Under the pieces are notes generated by a model. It saw only the letters and a list, made by a program, of their open reading frames with translations, was not told the DNA's origin and searched no databases. Below, piece by piece: positions 38,668-49,674 of a DNA stretch of 64,000 nucleotides. This DNA is from an uncultured Candidatus Actinomarina sp. Its GTDB lineage: Bacteria; Actinomycetota; Acidimicrobiia; Actinomarinales; Actinomarinaceae. The translations under genes were made by a program, and so were the position numbers. The stretch's first letter is position 1; the number at the start of each line of letters is the position of its first letter. The stretch lies in assembly GCA_902510055.1 (NCBI GenBank), contig CABWZY010000001.1, positions 212 to 64,211 on the forward strand, given 5' to 3'.

Positions 38668-39739
38668 AGACTGGCTAGAAAAAGATTTTTATGCCATTCT
38701 TGGTGTTTCAAAAGATGCAAGTACTGATGACATTAAGAAAGCTTACAAAAAATTAGCAAGAGAAAATCATCCTGATCTAAACCCTGGAGATACAGAGGCA
38801 GAGAAAAAATTCAAAGAAATATCAGAAGCTAGTGCTATCTTGTCTGATGAAGGAAAACGTCAAGAGTATGATCAAGTTAGAACAATGGGTGCTTCCGGAT
38901 TCTCTGGATTTTCAGGTGGTCAAGGCTTCAATGTAGATATTGGAGATATTTTTGGTGATATATTCGGATTTGGAGGAGCTGGCAGAAGAAAGGGTCAAAC
39001 ATATCAAACAAATCTTACAATCTCATTTACTGATGCTGCATCAGGGATAGAAACTAATGTCCCTCTTAGAAAAGAAGTTGTTTGTGAAGACTGTAAAGGT
39101 AATGGATCAGAAAATGGTAACGCCTTTCATACATGTAATATTTGTAGCGGAAGTGGACAAACAGCATCTAACCAAGGTTTCTTTTCTTTTGCGCAACCTT
39201 GTTCAGCCTGTAAGGGTCAGGGGAATGTAATAGATAAGGAATGTAAAGCGTGTAGAGCACAAGGGTCTGTAATAAAAAATGAAACTATAAAAGTGAAGGT
39301 ACCTGCTGGTGTTGATAATGGAACTGTAATTAGATTAAGAGGCTATGGAGGTCCAGGAGATGCCGGTGCTCCAGATGGTGACTTATTAGTTCAAGTAGGA
39401 GTAGAGCCACATAAATTTTTTAAACGAAATGGTAGCGATTTAATATTAGAAGTTCCTTTGCTTTTCTCTGAAGCTGCGCTCGGAGCTACAATAAAAATTC
39501 CAACACTTAAAAAAACAGTTAGTCTAAAAATACCTCAAGGTACACCAAGTGGTAAATCCTTCAAAATAAAAGGAGAAGGTATCTCCCCTCAAGGTAGAAG
39601 GTCTGGAGACTTATATATAAGAGTAGCTATAAAGCCCCCTTCAAAACTATCAAGAACTGGGAAAAAGAAACTAGAAGAATTTAGAGATGAAGGATATGAA
39701 GGGACACCTGAAGAGTATCGAGGATACTTATATGAATGA
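38660..39739 (+). CDS. dnaJ: Co-chaperone DnaJ
   Basis: It has a J domain with HPD, a G/F region and four CxxCxGxG zinc motifs. It uses a GTG start. Confidence 0.95.
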   Translation: MNRDWLEKDFYAILGVSKDASTDDIKKAYKKLARENHPDLNPGDTEAEKKFKEISEASAILSDEGKRQEYDQVRTMGASGFSGFSGGQGFNVDIGDIFGDIFGFGGAGRRKGQTYQTNLTISFTDAASGIETNVPLRKEVVCEDCKGNGSENGNAFHTCNICSGSGQTASNQGFFSFAQPCSACKGQGNVIDKECKACRAQGSVIKNETIKVKVPAGVDNGTVIRLRGYGGPGDAGAPDGDLLVQVGVEPHKFFKRNGSDLILEVPLLFSEAALGATIKIPTLKKTVSLKIPQGTPSGKSFKIKGEGISPQGRRSGDLYIRVAIKPPSKLSRTGKKKLEEFRDEGYEGTPEEYRGYLYE

Positions 39740-40121
39740 TAAAAAAACCATTTCTTTATACTTCATTTCAGTAGCATCTACTTTATCTGGGATACACCCC
39801 CAAACAATCAGAACATATGAAGAAAAGGGCTTAATTAAACCTTATAGAACAAAAGGTGGAACCAGAAGATATTCTCAAGAAGATGTTGATAAATTAATAC
39901 AAATTGCAAATCTTTCACAAAGGGGGATTAAATTAGAGGGAATAAAAATTATTTATGAGATGAGAGACAAAATAGAAGAAATGCAAGAGAAAATAGATTT
40001 CCTACAAGAAGAAATTAGTAGCGAAAAGTCAGCTAGAGCTAAAAAGGAAAATGAAATTCATAAAAGTTACAAAAATGAAATTGTTAAAAAATCAAATAAG
40101 GATTTACGTAAAAAGCTTTAA
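39732..40121 (+). CDS. hspR: MerR-family heat-shock repressor HspR
   Basis: It has a MerR HTH (YFISVASTLSGIHPQTIRTYEEKGLIKPYRTKGGTRRY) at the end of the dnaK operon. ATG 39732 overlaps the dnaJ stop by 8 nt. Confidence 0.85.
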   Translation: MNDKKTISLYFISVASTLSGIHPQTIRTYEEKGLIKPYRTKGGTRRYSQEDVDKLIQIANLSQRGIKLEGIKIIYEMRDKIEEMQEKIDFLQEEISSEKSARAKKENEIHKSYKNEIVKKSNKDLRKKL

Positions 40122-40333
40122 TATTCTTCTTCGTAGCTTTTATTAAACATCCGGACAATAGTGTACGTTAAAGCTAACGCAAAAATATAATAATTAAAAC
40201 TAGGTATTTCTCTAATTCCTAAGCTAAATATTACATCAAGTATGGCAGCAAATACTCTTAACCATATCCCAGACCAAATTAATCTCCATATACTAAACTT
40301 TTTAAAGAATGCGATACTATTTCCACTGTCCAT
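40118..40333 (-). CDS. Small 2-TM hypothetical protein
   Basis: It is a hydrophobic 71 aa ORF filling the only gap here. I see no family. Confidence 0.35.
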   Translation of the reverse strand: MDSGNSIAFFKKFSIWRLIWSGIWLRVFAAILDVIFSLGIREIPSFNYYIFALALTYTIVRMFNKSYEEEY

Positions 40334-40359
40334 GAACTTAATTTTACTAAAATTAATAC

Positions 40360-42051
40360 TTAGCTTTTATGTTTCTCAATAAAAGCTTTAATTTTGTTTT
40401 CTAAAATAGGTAGGGTTATTCCGCCATCACATAACACTTCATCATGAAAATATCGGATATCAAACTTATCACCAAGCTCATTTTCAGCTTGTCTTCTTAG
40501 TTCTTCAATTTTTAATTGTCCCATTTTATAAGCACAAGCTTGACCAGGCCATGCAATATACCTATCAGTCTCAATGTTTGCATTAATTTCTTCAATAGGA
40601 GAATTTGATCTAAAAAAATCAATAGCTTCATTTCTTGACCAACCCATGCCATGCATGCCTGTATCAAGTACTAAACGACACGCTCTCCATGCATCATTTC
40701 CAAGACGCCCTAACTGCTGAACATCATTTGAATAGAGCCCCATCTCATTTGCTAATTGTTCAGAGTAAAGACCCCAGCCTTCAACAAATGCTGTTGAAGC
40801 AACATATCTTTGAAAGTTGGGAACACCCTGTAATTCAACGGCAATTGTTCTGTCGAGATGATGGCCAGGTATTGCTTCATGAAAAGCTACACTCTCAGCT
40901 TCGAATATACTTTTTGTTTCCGCTTTATAAGTATTGAGAAAATAGGTACCATCTCTGGACCCGTCTGGCAATGGCGGAAAATAATAAGCTGGGGGTGCAT
41001 GTTTTTCTGATTGCGTAGGTACTGGTAACACCTTACAGGGAGCTTTAGGGAATACAGTAAACCATTCTTCAAGAGGTTTATATGCTCTCTCAATAGTATC
41101 TTCTGCTAATTGAAGCATTTGTTCCTTGCTCTCATACCGCATAGAAGGTTCGGTTTGCATCTTATGAATTACATCTTCAGGGCTTTTAACACCATCGAAA
41201 ACATCTTTTCCTATTTGAAGGAATTCTTTTTTTAGTCTCTCAACTTCTGATAAGCCAATCTCATGAACTTCTTTTACTGTCGTTTCTCTATGTCCGGTAT
41301 ATTTCCTAAGACTTCTTAAATAAACCTCTTCTCCACCATCAATCCACATAATTCCAGGATTTTCATCAGTTCTTCCCTTTGGTAAGTGTTCAGTTCGTAA
41401 TTGGTCTAAATAACTCATTACACTTGGACGAACGTATTTTTCTATTACTCCCTTTGCTTTTTCTTTCCATTCAGAAATTTCTTTTTCAGATACTGTTGGA
41501 GCAAAGTTAACAAGAAGTAACGGATCATTATCTAAAGATGTCTCTAAGTAGCTTTCAAGTTGATCAATGCTTCTGTTCAGGTTTCTTTGTGTAGCAACTC
41601 TTTTGTTCTCAAGCCCTTTTTTTTGAACATTTGAAATCTGACTATAGAATCTTTGATAAAGCTCTAATCTTCTTAAAAGCATATCCGCAGACTCATTATC
41701 ACGCACAAACATTTGCTGGTTGTAATCAATCAAAAAACCCTCAAATCCAGCAACACCTGCAGAAAATTCCCAACTTTTATCAATCAGTGAATCACTATTT
41801 GAGTCTAAAGCGAATTCAAGCATCCCATAAGTAACTCTTTCTTTACTAGTTAATGAATCAAAATCTAACTCATTTAATCTGTGTTTAAAACTTTTTACTT
41901 TTTCACTCTCATTTTCAAATTTTTCTTCAGTTAATTCTTCAATTTGATCAAAATATTTTTTGTGGCCACGCATAATTGCAGAAGTTGGTGATGATTCAAG
42001 AGACTCTTGGAAGAAATCTTCTGCCAATTGGTCTAAAGCCTTATTACTCAT
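40360..42051 (-). CDS. DUF885-family protein (putative metallopeptidase-like)
   Basis: It has the HEAIPGHH motif. I place the start at ATG 42051, which is preceded by GGGAGGGGAAAA. It overlaps the channel gene stop. Confidence 0.8.
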   Translation of the reverse strand: MSNKALDQLAEDFFQESLESSPTSAIMRGHKKYFDQIEELTEEKFENESEKVKSFKHRLNELDFDSLTSKERVTYGMLEFALDSNSDSLIDKSWEFSAGVAGFEGFLIDYNQQMFVRDNESADMLLRRLELYQRFYSQISNVQKKGLENKRVATQRNLNRSIDQLESYLETSLDNDPLLLVNFAPTVSEKEISEWKEKAKGVIEKYVRPSVMSYLDQLRTEHLPKGRTDENPGIMWIDGGEEVYLRSLRKYTGHRETTVKEVHEIGLSEVERLKKEFLQIGKDVFDGVKSPEDVIHKMQTEPSMRYESKEQMLQLAEDTIERAYKPLEEWFTVFPKAPCKVLPVPTQSEKHAPPAYYFPPLPDGSRDGTYFLNTYKAETKSIFEAESVAFHEAIPGHHLDRTIAVELQGVPNFQRYVASTAFVEGWGLYSEQLANEMGLYSNDVQQLGRLGNDAWRACRLVLDTGMHGMGWSRNEAIDFFRSNSPIEEINANIETDRYIAWPGQACAYKMGQLKIEELRRQAENELGDKFDIRYFHDEVLCDGGITLPILENKIKAFIEKHKS

Positions 42052-42790
42052 TTTTCCCCTCCCTAAGCTCATCTAATTCTTTATCTATTTCTTCAAGTTT
42101 TATTAGAACATCTTCTAGTGTAGTTTGTTTATCTCCAAAATTAGACAGAAAATAAGCAGAAACTGCAGCAGTTAATGTAGCTATGAAGCCAATTCCAAGA
42201 ATCATCAATGTGCTTGCAACTATCCTACCTAGTGTTGTCAATGGAGTTATGTCACCATAACCTACAGTCGTTATTGTCACCAGTGCCCACCAAATTCCAT
42301 CTCCAAAAGATTCAACATCTGGCTCCGCGATATAAAACAAAAAACCAAAAAATATAATCAAAAATACTGTTGCATAAACAATAAATCTAAGTCCGCGGCT
42401 GTTGAAAATAGTTTTTATTGCAGTGCCAAAACGAACAAGAACTGCAGCTAATCTAAACAATTGAAAAAATCGCAACAACCTTGGAAGCCTGGCGAATCTT
42501 AAGAATCTTGATGATTCAAATCCCTTTGGTACGAAAGGAATTGATACAACAACAATAAAGAGTTCTAGTTTGTGGCTCAAAACATACTCTTTTTTGCTTT
42601 CTGAAAGAAAAAACAGATGAGCATATTCAAGTAGAAATATAATCCAGATGCCCCAATTTATATAATTAGCAATTTCTTTATACGCTGAATCTGAATACTC
42701 AATAACAATTACTGGAATTAATAATATTACAGCAATAAGTACTGGTATTTCGTAGAATTTTTCAACTTTTAGATATCTTGAATTAGACAT
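42044..42790 (-). CDS. Voltage-gated-type K+ channel (6-TM, S4-like arginine repeat)
   Basis: It has the selectivity filter TTVGYGD and the S4-like repeat RFLRFARLPRLLRFFQLFR. Confidence 0.8.
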   Translation of the reverse strand: MSNSRYLKVEKFYEIPVLIAVILLIPVIVIEYSDSAYKEIANYINWGIWIIFLLEYAHLFFLSESKKEYVLSHKLELFIVVVSIPFVPKGFESSRFLRFARLPRLLRFFQLFRLAAVLVRFGTAIKTIFNSRGLRFIVYATVFLIIFFGFLFYIAEPDVESFGDGIWWALVTITTVGYGDITPLTTLGRIVASTLMILGIGFIATLTAAVSAYFLSNFGDKQTTLEDVLIKLEEIDKELDELREGKNE

Positions 42791-42853
42791 AGAAGTATTA
42801 TAAATAAATATTTAAGACTTTAATTCCAAAAAAATTCTATTTAAATTAAGAAT

Positions 42854-44134
42854 GTGAAGAGGGTTATTGGACTTACAATTTTACTTATTGGTACATACGT
42901 ATTGGAGTTTTTATTACTATACGAAGGAAACATTGTTGATGAAGTCGGTTTTTATGAATCACCAAGTGAAATTTCAGTAACTAACACAACAATAAGTAAA
43001 GAAAGTATTCAACATTACTATAAAGTAGTAAAACAACTTGAAGAAATAAATTTTGAATCTTTAGATGAAACTATCACACTAAATGAAGAAAATTTTATAA
43101 GAGACTATATAAAATCTATTGATTCAATTGTGAATGAAATAAACGTTGATCTTCTTTTTCATAATTTTAATAACTTTAGAGAATCAAATAACGGAGTTAA
43201 GGGTATATACCTAAATGGATATTACATGAATCAAGAAGCAAAAATTAATCATATAAAAGAAATACTTACTAAAACAAACGTTAACACTTTAGTAATTGAC
43301 GCAAAAACAGATAACGGTCACATAATGTTTGATAGTAATTCTTCTCAGACAGATTTATTAAAAAATGAAAGAATAAAATATGATGCTCAAACATTAGCTG
43401 AGTTAAGAGAAATAAAAGATATACATTTAATTGCACGGATTGTTGTATTCCAAGACCCTTTGTTTGCAAAAACCTTTAAAGAAGAGGCTATTTTTGATTC
43501 AAAAAATAATAAAATTTATTCCCAAGATGGGCAATATTTTTTGGACCCTAGCAGCGAACTAGCAAAAGAGTACATGATTAACATTGCAATTGAATCTTGT
43601 AGATTAGGTTTTAATGAAATTCAATTTGATTATATTAGATATCCTGATTCCAACTATCAATATATGGTCTTTAAAGAAAAAAGTGATTATGAAACTAGAG
43701 TTAACACTATAAATAGTTTCTTGGAGGAAGCGAAAACAAGATTGCATCTCGAGGGGTGTCTAGTCTCAGCAGATATTTTTGGATATATTTTAACTAATAC
43801 TGAAGATGGAGGAATAGGCCAAAACCTTGAAACAATAATAAAGAACGTAGATTTTATTTCCCCAATGGTTTACCCATCTCATTACTCTAAGGGTTCCTTT
43901 GGCTATCAGTATCCTAATAACCATCCATATGAAGTCGTTTCTGCAGCCTTGGCTGACGGACTTGAAAGAGGTGTTCCAGAAATACAACTAAGGCCCTTCT
44001 TGCAAGGGTTTTGGCATTCAATCACAGATGTTCAAGAAAACATAAAAGCAGCTGAAAGCAAAAATCTGGATTGGATAATTTGGAACATTTTAAGCACGTA
44101 TGAATTAGATTATTTTACTAAACTCGAGTCATGA
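42854..44134 (+). CDS. Putative glycoside-hydrolase-like TIM-barrel protein (DUF4015/COG1306-like)
   Basis: It has a signal anchor and shows family resemblance only (IKGIYLNGY..., LVIDAKTDNG, IQFDYIRYP). It uses a GTG start. Confidence 0.5.
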   Translation: MKRVIGLTILLIGTYVLEFLLLYEGNIVDEVGFYESPSEISVTNTTISKESIQHYYKVVKQLEEINFESLDETITLNEENFIRDYIKSIDSIVNEINVDLLFHNFNNFRESNNGVKGIYLNGYYMNQEAKINHIKEILTKTNVNTLVIDAKTDNGHIMFDSNSSQTDLLKNERIKYDAQTLAELREIKDIHLIARIVVFQDPLFAKTFKEEAIFDSKNNKIYSQDGQYFLDPSSELAKEYMINIAIESCRLGFNEIQFDYIRYPDSNYQYMVFKEKSDYETRVNTINSFLEEAKTRLHLEGCLVSADIFGYILTNTEDGGIGQNLETIIKNVDFISPMVYPSHYSKGSFGYQYPNNHPYEVVSAALADGLERGVPEIQLRPFLQGFWHSITDVQENIKAAESKNLDWIIWNILSTYELDYFTKLES

Positions 44135-45270
44135 GTATTAAAGATACATTTAAAAAAGAGCTTGAATCTATTCATAAGGACTTAATTAAAGTTAGTGACT
44201 GGATGTATGAAAACCCTGAACTTGGTTTTGAAGAATATAAAACCTCAGAATATTTAGTTAAGTTTATAAATTCTTTTGAAGATAATGTTGTCTTTCCTAC
44301 AAATGAATTAGAAACGGCATTTGAAATAACTTTTGGTAAGGAAGGTCCCCTTGTTGTCCTCTGTGTTGAGTATGATGCTCTTCCTGAAATTGGACATGCT
44401 TGTGGACACAATGTAATTGCTACAGCTTCAATAGGCGCTGGTTTAGCATTAAGGAGTTTAGCTGATGATCTTGGTATAAGAGTAAAACTACTTGGCACTC
44501 CTGCTGAAGAGGGTGGTGGTGGCAAAATTATATTGCTAGATAGAGGAGCTTTCGAAGATGCTAAATGTTCAATGATGATTCATCCTGGACCTTTAAATGT
44601 TGCGAATCCTACATTTACTACTATTCAACAATACAAAGTCGAATTTTTTGGTAAAGACGCTCATGCTGCTGGTGCACCAGAGAAAGGGCGTAATGCCTTA
44701 GATGCTCAAATACAGCTGTTTGTAAATGCATCAACATACAGACAACAAATGGTTCAATCAAATAGGATGCATGGAGTCATAAAAGATGGTGGTTTTAAAC
44801 CAAATATCATTCCATCTTATACAAGCTCAGAATGGTATTTAAGATCTCTAAATGAAGACGGTCTTAATATTCTTGAAAAAGATTTTTTAAATTGTGTAAA
44901 TGCTGCTGCTTTAGCAACAAAATGTGAGGTAAAGGTAAACTCTCCTGACTATAAATATCGTGAAATATTAAATAATAAAACTATGTATCAATTATTCATG
45001 GAAAACTCTGAAAGTATTGGTAGAGAAATGCCTCTTGAAGACCCTCTTAGGCCCGGCTTAGGTTCAACAGATATGGGAAATATCTCCCTTGCTATGCCTT
45101 CAATCCATCCTATGTTAGATATAGATGCGGGAGATGCTGTAAACCACCAACCAGAATACGCTGCAGCCACTATAAAGCCTGGGGGTCATAAAGCTATTTT
45201 TGATGGAGCTTATGGAATGGGGGCAACCATTATTGATTTAGCTGAAAAAAACCTTTGGGATGGACTTTAA
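44131..45270 (+). CDS. M20-family amidohydrolase/peptidase (M20D, AbgB/PM20D2-like)
   Basis: It has [15 protein letters not shown] and [11 protein letters not shown] motifs. Confidence 0.8.
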   Translation: MSIKDTFKKELESIHKDLIKVSDWMYENPELGFEEYKTSEYLVKFINSFEDNVVFPTNELETAFEITFGKEGPLVVLCVEYDALPEIGHACGHNVIATASIGAGLALRSLADDLGIRVKLLGTPAEEGGGGKIILLDRGAFEDAKCSMMIHPGPLNVANPTFTTIQQYKVEFFGKDAHAAGAPEKGRNALDAQIQLFVNASTYRQQMVQSNRMHGVIKDGGFKPNIIPSYTSSEWYLRSLNEDGLNILEKDFLNCVNAAALATKCEVKVNSPDYKYREILNNKTMYQLFMENSESIGREMPLEDPLRPGLGSTDMGNISLAMPSIHPMLDIDAGDAVNHQPEYAAATIKPGGHKAIFDGAYGMGATIIDLAEKNLWDGL

Positions 45271-45995
45271 AGTATCTGGCTTAAGAAAAGTTTAGTTCTA
45301 TCATTCTTTGGGTTGTCAAAGAACTCAACAGGAGTATTTTCCTCAACCATCATTCCTTCGTCAAACAACATTACTCTATCTGCAACCTCTTTAGCAAAAC
45401 CCATTTCATGAGTAACAACAATCATAGTCATTCCAGATTTTGCTAGTTCTTTCATTGCATCGAGTACTTCTTTAATCATTTCTGGATCTAATGCTGATGT
45501 AGGCTCATCAAAAAGCATTATTTTTGGATCCATTGCCAAAGCCCTTGCTATAGCAACTCTTTGTTGTTGACCACCAGATAATTGTCCTGGAAATTTATCA
45601 GCCTGTTCAGGTATACCTACTCTATTTAGTAGCTCCATGGCCTTTTCTTCCGAGTCACTTCTGCTTTTCTTTCTTACCCAAATTGGTGCAAGAGTAATAT
45701 TTTGCATAACTGTTAAGTGAGGGAAAAGATTAAAGCTCTGAAATACCATTCCAACTTCAGCTCTAATTGTTTCAATATTTTTTAAATCATTGGTTAGCTC
45801 TGTGCCGTCAACAACTATTTCACCCTCTTGGTGTTGTTCAAGTCTGTTTATACACCTAATGAAGGTTGACTTGCCTGAGCCAGAAGGGCCACAAATGACC
45901 AATACTTCACCTTCAGCAATTTCCATTGATATACCCTTAAGGGCTTGGAAATCACCAAACCATTTCTTCACGCCTTTAGCTTGAATTATGCTCAT
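45267..45995 (-). CDS. aapP: Amino-acid ABC transporter ATP-binding protein
   Basis: It has Walker A (GPSGSGKST), the signature [15 protein letters not shown] and Walker B ([11 protein letters not shown]). Confidence 0.95.
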   Translation of the reverse strand: MSIIQAKGVKKWFGDFQALKGISMEIAEGEVLVICGPSGSGKSTFIRCINRLEQHQEGEIVVDGTELTNDLKNIETIRAEVGMVFQSFNLFPHLTVMQNITLAPIWVRKKSRSDSEEKAMELLNRVGIPEQADKFPGQLSGGQQQRVAIARALAMDPKIMLFDEPTSALDPEMIKEVLDAMKELAKSGMTMIVVTHEMGFAKEVADRVMLFDEGMMVEENTPVEFFDNPKNDRTKLFLSQIL

Positions 45996-46002
45996 AATTT
46001 AA

Positions 46003-47805
46003 TTACCTTTCTCCTAATCCTAATCTTTTTTCTATTTTCATGCTTCGTCTAGATAGTGTAAATGTAAATATCCAATAGACAACAGCAACGAATATTAAAT
46101 TTTCTCTTTGGTGTCCTACAAAATTTACTGGTACAGATTGATTATCAATAACAGTTTTACCTATTGTAAGGAAGTCAAATAATCCGATGATAGTAACAAG
46201 GCTTGAATCTTTAAACGCCGTGATTGCGCTGCTAACAAGAGTTGGTATAACGGCTCTAAGTGCTTGCGGTAAGACTATTAAACCTATTTTTTGAAATGGG
46301 CTCATTCCAATTGCATCTGCGGCTTCGTACTGTCCTTTTGGAATTGATTGCAGACCTCCTCTTATGTTCTCTGCAAAATATGCTCCACTAAAGAAAGCTG
46401 TAACCATCAAGACTCTTACTATTAAGTTAAACTCTACCCCTGCTGGCAAGAAGACAGCTAAGGTTACGCTTGCGAAAAATAACCATGTTATATATGGAAC
46501 TGACCTTACTAATTCAATAATCCCAGTACAAATTATCCTAACAATAGGAAGTTTTGAGTTTCTGCCTAAAGCAAGTAGTACACCTAAAGGAAAAGAAACA
46601 TAGGTACCAAAAATTGCAAGCAACCATGTCAAAGAGAAGCCTCCAAAAATACTTGACCCTGGTACAACAATTCCTGTTTCTGATGCTCCACCTCTTAATA
46701 GGAATGTTAAAGTTACTAGAGCTACAGCCCATATAATTATCAAACTTTTCTTCCCTTGTTGTGAAGTTGAAACAGCAGGTACAACCGTTACAAACAATCC
46801 AAGTAATAATAAGCAAGCCTTTGCTAGCATCGGAATACTTATAAATACTCCAGCTATTGTTGCAACTATTACAACCCCTATATAAATTGAGTAGTATTTT
46901 TTCACAATTGGGTTATTTATTAATAAAACCGTTCCTAAACCTACTGCAAAAAATATAAGAAATATAGGTATATCACCTGTTAAGACTTCGGCCATTTCAA
47001 TCTGCGGCTTTTTAAATATCCACGAGAAAATAAGCAAAGGTAGTAAAAACCAAGAAATTGACATAATATTCTTTAACCTCTTCACTTCTTTAAAGTAAAT
47101 TCCAATAAAATATGACAAAAGAAATAAAACAAAAATTACAGTCCAAGGAACTTTAGTTGTATTAGCAATAGGCATTAATGGATCGGGGATTATCCTATCT
47201 TTGTTTTGATCAAGCTGTATTGTTGGTAACTCAATAATCCAGATCAAAGCAATTGGAATAGACAAATAAAGAAAAACAGCATCAGAATTATTAAATGAAA
47301 AATTAATTTTTCTATTTTTTAATAGAAAAAACCCTACTGTTATAACAAGAACTGGGATTAACATTCCTATTCTTGAACTTCTAGAAAATACTTCTTCCGT
47401 TATTACAGATCCATCATTTCCCATATAACTTGTAAAAGTTGGTGCAACAATTGTAAAGAATAAAACACCTAGCCCCAATTTATAAAATCTATCAAACATA
47501 ACACTTATATTTGAGCGATCATCACTTCTCCATAACCCAATAGAAATTCCTGAAAATACAAAAGTAAGTCCTACTGAGATCCAAACTCGTATAAAGTCAC
47601 TTTCTGGATAGGCTTGAACCATATATAATTGCATATTATTTAATACTGCTAACCAATCTTTATCAGAAGACATAACAAAACCGAACATGCCTCTAAAGAA
47701 ATTGAGTACTAAGTAACTTGTTCCAATTGTTAGCACAGAAGAACCTACTGATGAAAATAAACTTTCTTGTACTGCTTTGGCGTTCTTTTTAATTACATCA
47801 ACCAT
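46003..47805 (-). CDS. aapM: Amino-acid ABC transporter permease (expanded, 600 aa)
   Basis: The C-terminal HEQRo-family permease core carries an EAA-like loop (AADAIGMSPFQKIGLIVLPQALR). About 380 aa of extra N-terminal TM region precede it. Confidence 0.8.
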   Translation of the reverse strand: MVDVIKKNAKAVQESLFSSVGSSVLTIGTSYLVLNFFRGMFGFVMSSDKDWLAVLNNMQLYMVQAYPESDFIRVWISVGLTFVFSGISIGLWRSDDRSNISVMFDRFYKLGLGVLFFTIVAPTFTSYMGNDGSVITEEVFSRSSRIGMLIPVLVITVGFFLLKNRKINFSFNNSDAVFLYLSIPIALIWIIELPTIQLDQNKDRIIPDPLMPIANTTKVPWTVIFVLFLLSYFIGIYFKEVKRLKNIMSISWFLLPLLIFSWIFKKPQIEMAEVLTGDIPIFLIFFAVGLGTVLLINNPIVKKYYSIYIGVVIVATIAGVFISIPMLAKACLLLLGLFVTVVPAVSTSQQGKKSLIIIWAVALVTLTFLLRGGASETGIVVPGSSIFGGFSLTWLLAIFGTYVSFPLGVLLALGRNSKLPIVRIICTGIIELVRSVPYITWLFFASVTLAVFLPAGVEFNLIVRVLMVTAFFSGAYFAENIRGGLQSIPKGQYEAADAIGMSPFQKIGLIVLPQALRAVIPTLVSSAITAFKDSSLVTIIGLFDFLTIGKTVIDNQSVPVNFVGHQRENLIFVAVVYWIFTFTLSRRSMKIEKRLGLGER

Positions 47806-49604
47806 TATCTCTCCACTATTTTCATTTTTCTGTTGTAATAATTAATTATTGATGAAATTGTCAAACTTACAGAACTATAAAATGCCATCCATATCAAGAA
47901 AACTGGTAATGTCTGGCCTTCCTGGTTATATAAGGTTTGACCAACAGCAACTATTTCTGGATACGCAACGGCAATACCTAATGATGTATTCTTGGCTAAA
48001 TTTAAATACTGATTACCCATTGGGGGCAACATAACTCTAATCGCTTGAGGAAGTACTACTAATCTCAATAATGCGCCTCTCCTTAATCCGAGAGACATCC
48101 CAGCTTCTGATTGACCTTTAGAAACAGCCATTATTCCTGCTCTAACTACTTCAGAAATAAATATTGCAGTGTATAAGACAACTCCTAGCCATATAGCAAA
48201 ATATCCAACTGAAAGACTTTTTCCATGTCCTTTTGCATATCTCTTAAACTTTGATGTTTCATTAACCTTTTCAACTTTAGGCCTAGAAAAAACAAACGGT
48301 GCTGCGTCGGTAACTTCCAACTCATAAAAAGGAATTCCTATTTTTATTGCTTTACCTTCTTCAACAATCAAAGATTCCACTTTGCCTGTATACTCTGCTT
48401 TCAGTTCTACTTCTTGCTTGCCAATTTTATTTCCAGTTGCGTAGGCTGTAGCAACAACTTGTCCTTCTGTAATGTTGTCTCCTGGCTTAATTAACCAATT
48501 TGTAATTTCAGCTTTTTTCATTCCTTCAATTACTTCATATATTTCAAGATCTATATGTGGATACCAATCTAATTTATTTTCAATACCATGAAATAACTGA
48601 GGCAATCCCCAGTCTGCTTTAAATGTTATTTCATCACCAACTAAAAAACCCGCAAAACCAGCACCAATAGATGAAAACATAAGAAGTACTATTAACAGAA
48701 CTACTACAACATTTAATATGATCTTAAAATAATCATCATCACTGTATATCCCTTGAGCTTCTTCTGATTTTTTACTATCTATAAATGCCTTAGTTACTTT
48801 AAAGCCAATATAAATAGCAACACCTGAAACCAGGCCCTGATAAACGATTGCTGGAACACTTTCTAGGCCAAGAGAAATGTAGCCTGCTAAAAAGCCAAAC
48901 ACCCCTGCAGCTCTGAAACCTCCATACCAACCTATAACTAATAGTGATCCTAAAATACCTAGTGACCATAAAAATGGCTTTGTATCTCTTCCTTCTTTTT
49001 CTAATAATTCAACTCGCCATTTATAGATTTTATTAGCAATATATATGACAATTAATGTATACACCATAAGCAAGTATGCATTTGGGCCTCTGTTGAACCA
49101 TGGAAAAGCAAGTCCTTTTGCACTTATGTGAATAAAATATTCCCCAACTTCAAAAACTTCAAGCCTAGGAAATGACAGAACAAAAGCTTGAAAGAAATAT
49201 ATTTGAACTAAAAGTGGAACATTTCTAACTACTTCTAATAGACCGGTTGAGCTTTTTTCAACTATATAATTACTTGAAAGCCTAGCAATCCCTAAAAAAG
49301 TACCTAATAAGGTTGCTGCCAATATCCCTGTTAATGTGATTCTAAACATATTGATCATCCCAGTTTGAATCATTTGCAACCCTGAATTTGGTAACGTATA
49401 CATTCCTTCTGCTACAGAAACCCCAGGGGTTTCTCCTAACCATCCCCAAGAAAATGCAATATTTGTATCTGCTAAATTAACAATTGCATTTTGAATATAA
49501 TTCCAAATTATTGACAATATTCCAAAAAGGAAAATAACTTGAAAAGCCCATTTTAGAAAAACTACATTTCTGAAGAAAAGAAGATATTTCATTGCGTTTT
49601 TCAT
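47805..49604 (-). CDS. aapQ: Amino-acid ABC transporter permease (expanded, 599 aa) with an inserted lipoyl/biotinyl-like domain
   Basis: The permease core is split between residues about 80-140 and 470-599 (EAGMSLGLRRGALLRLVVLPQAIR). The insert includes EITNWLIKPGDNITEGQVVA...ELKAEYTGKVESLIVEEGKAIKIGIPFYELE. Confidence 0.8.
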   Translation of the reverse strand: MKNAMKYLLFFRNVVFLKWAFQVIFLFGILSIIWNYIQNAIVNLADTNIAFSWGWLGETPGVSVAEGMYTLPNSGLQMIQTGMINMFRITLTGILAATLLGTFLGIARLSSNYIVEKSSTGLLEVVRNVPLLVQIYFFQAFVLSFPRLEVFEVGEYFIHISAKGLAFPWFNRGPNAYLLMVYTLIVIYIANKIYKWRVELLEKEGRDTKPFLWSLGILGSLLVIGWYGGFRAAGVFGFLAGYISLGLESVPAIVYQGLVSGVAIYIGFKVTKAFIDSKKSEEAQGIYSDDDYFKIILNVVVVLLIVLLMFSSIGAGFAGFLVGDEITFKADWGLPQLFHGIENKLDWYPHIDLEIYEVIEGMKKAEITNWLIKPGDNITEGQVVATAYATGNKIGKQEVELKAEYTGKVESLIVEEGKAIKIGIPFYELEVTDAAPFVFSRPKVEKVNETSKFKRYAKGHGKSLSVGYFAIWLGVVLYTAIFISEVVRAGIMAVSKGQSEAGMSLGLRRGALLRLVVLPQAIRVMLPPMGNQYLNLAKNTSLGIAVAYPEIVAVGQTLYNQEGQTLPVFLIWMAFYSSVSLTISSIINYYNRKMKIVER

Positions 49605-49674
49605 AAATGAATTTTATCAGAATTATCTGCTTTATGCCTAGAAGAAGGACTATATATGTCGAAGTATATAAAGT

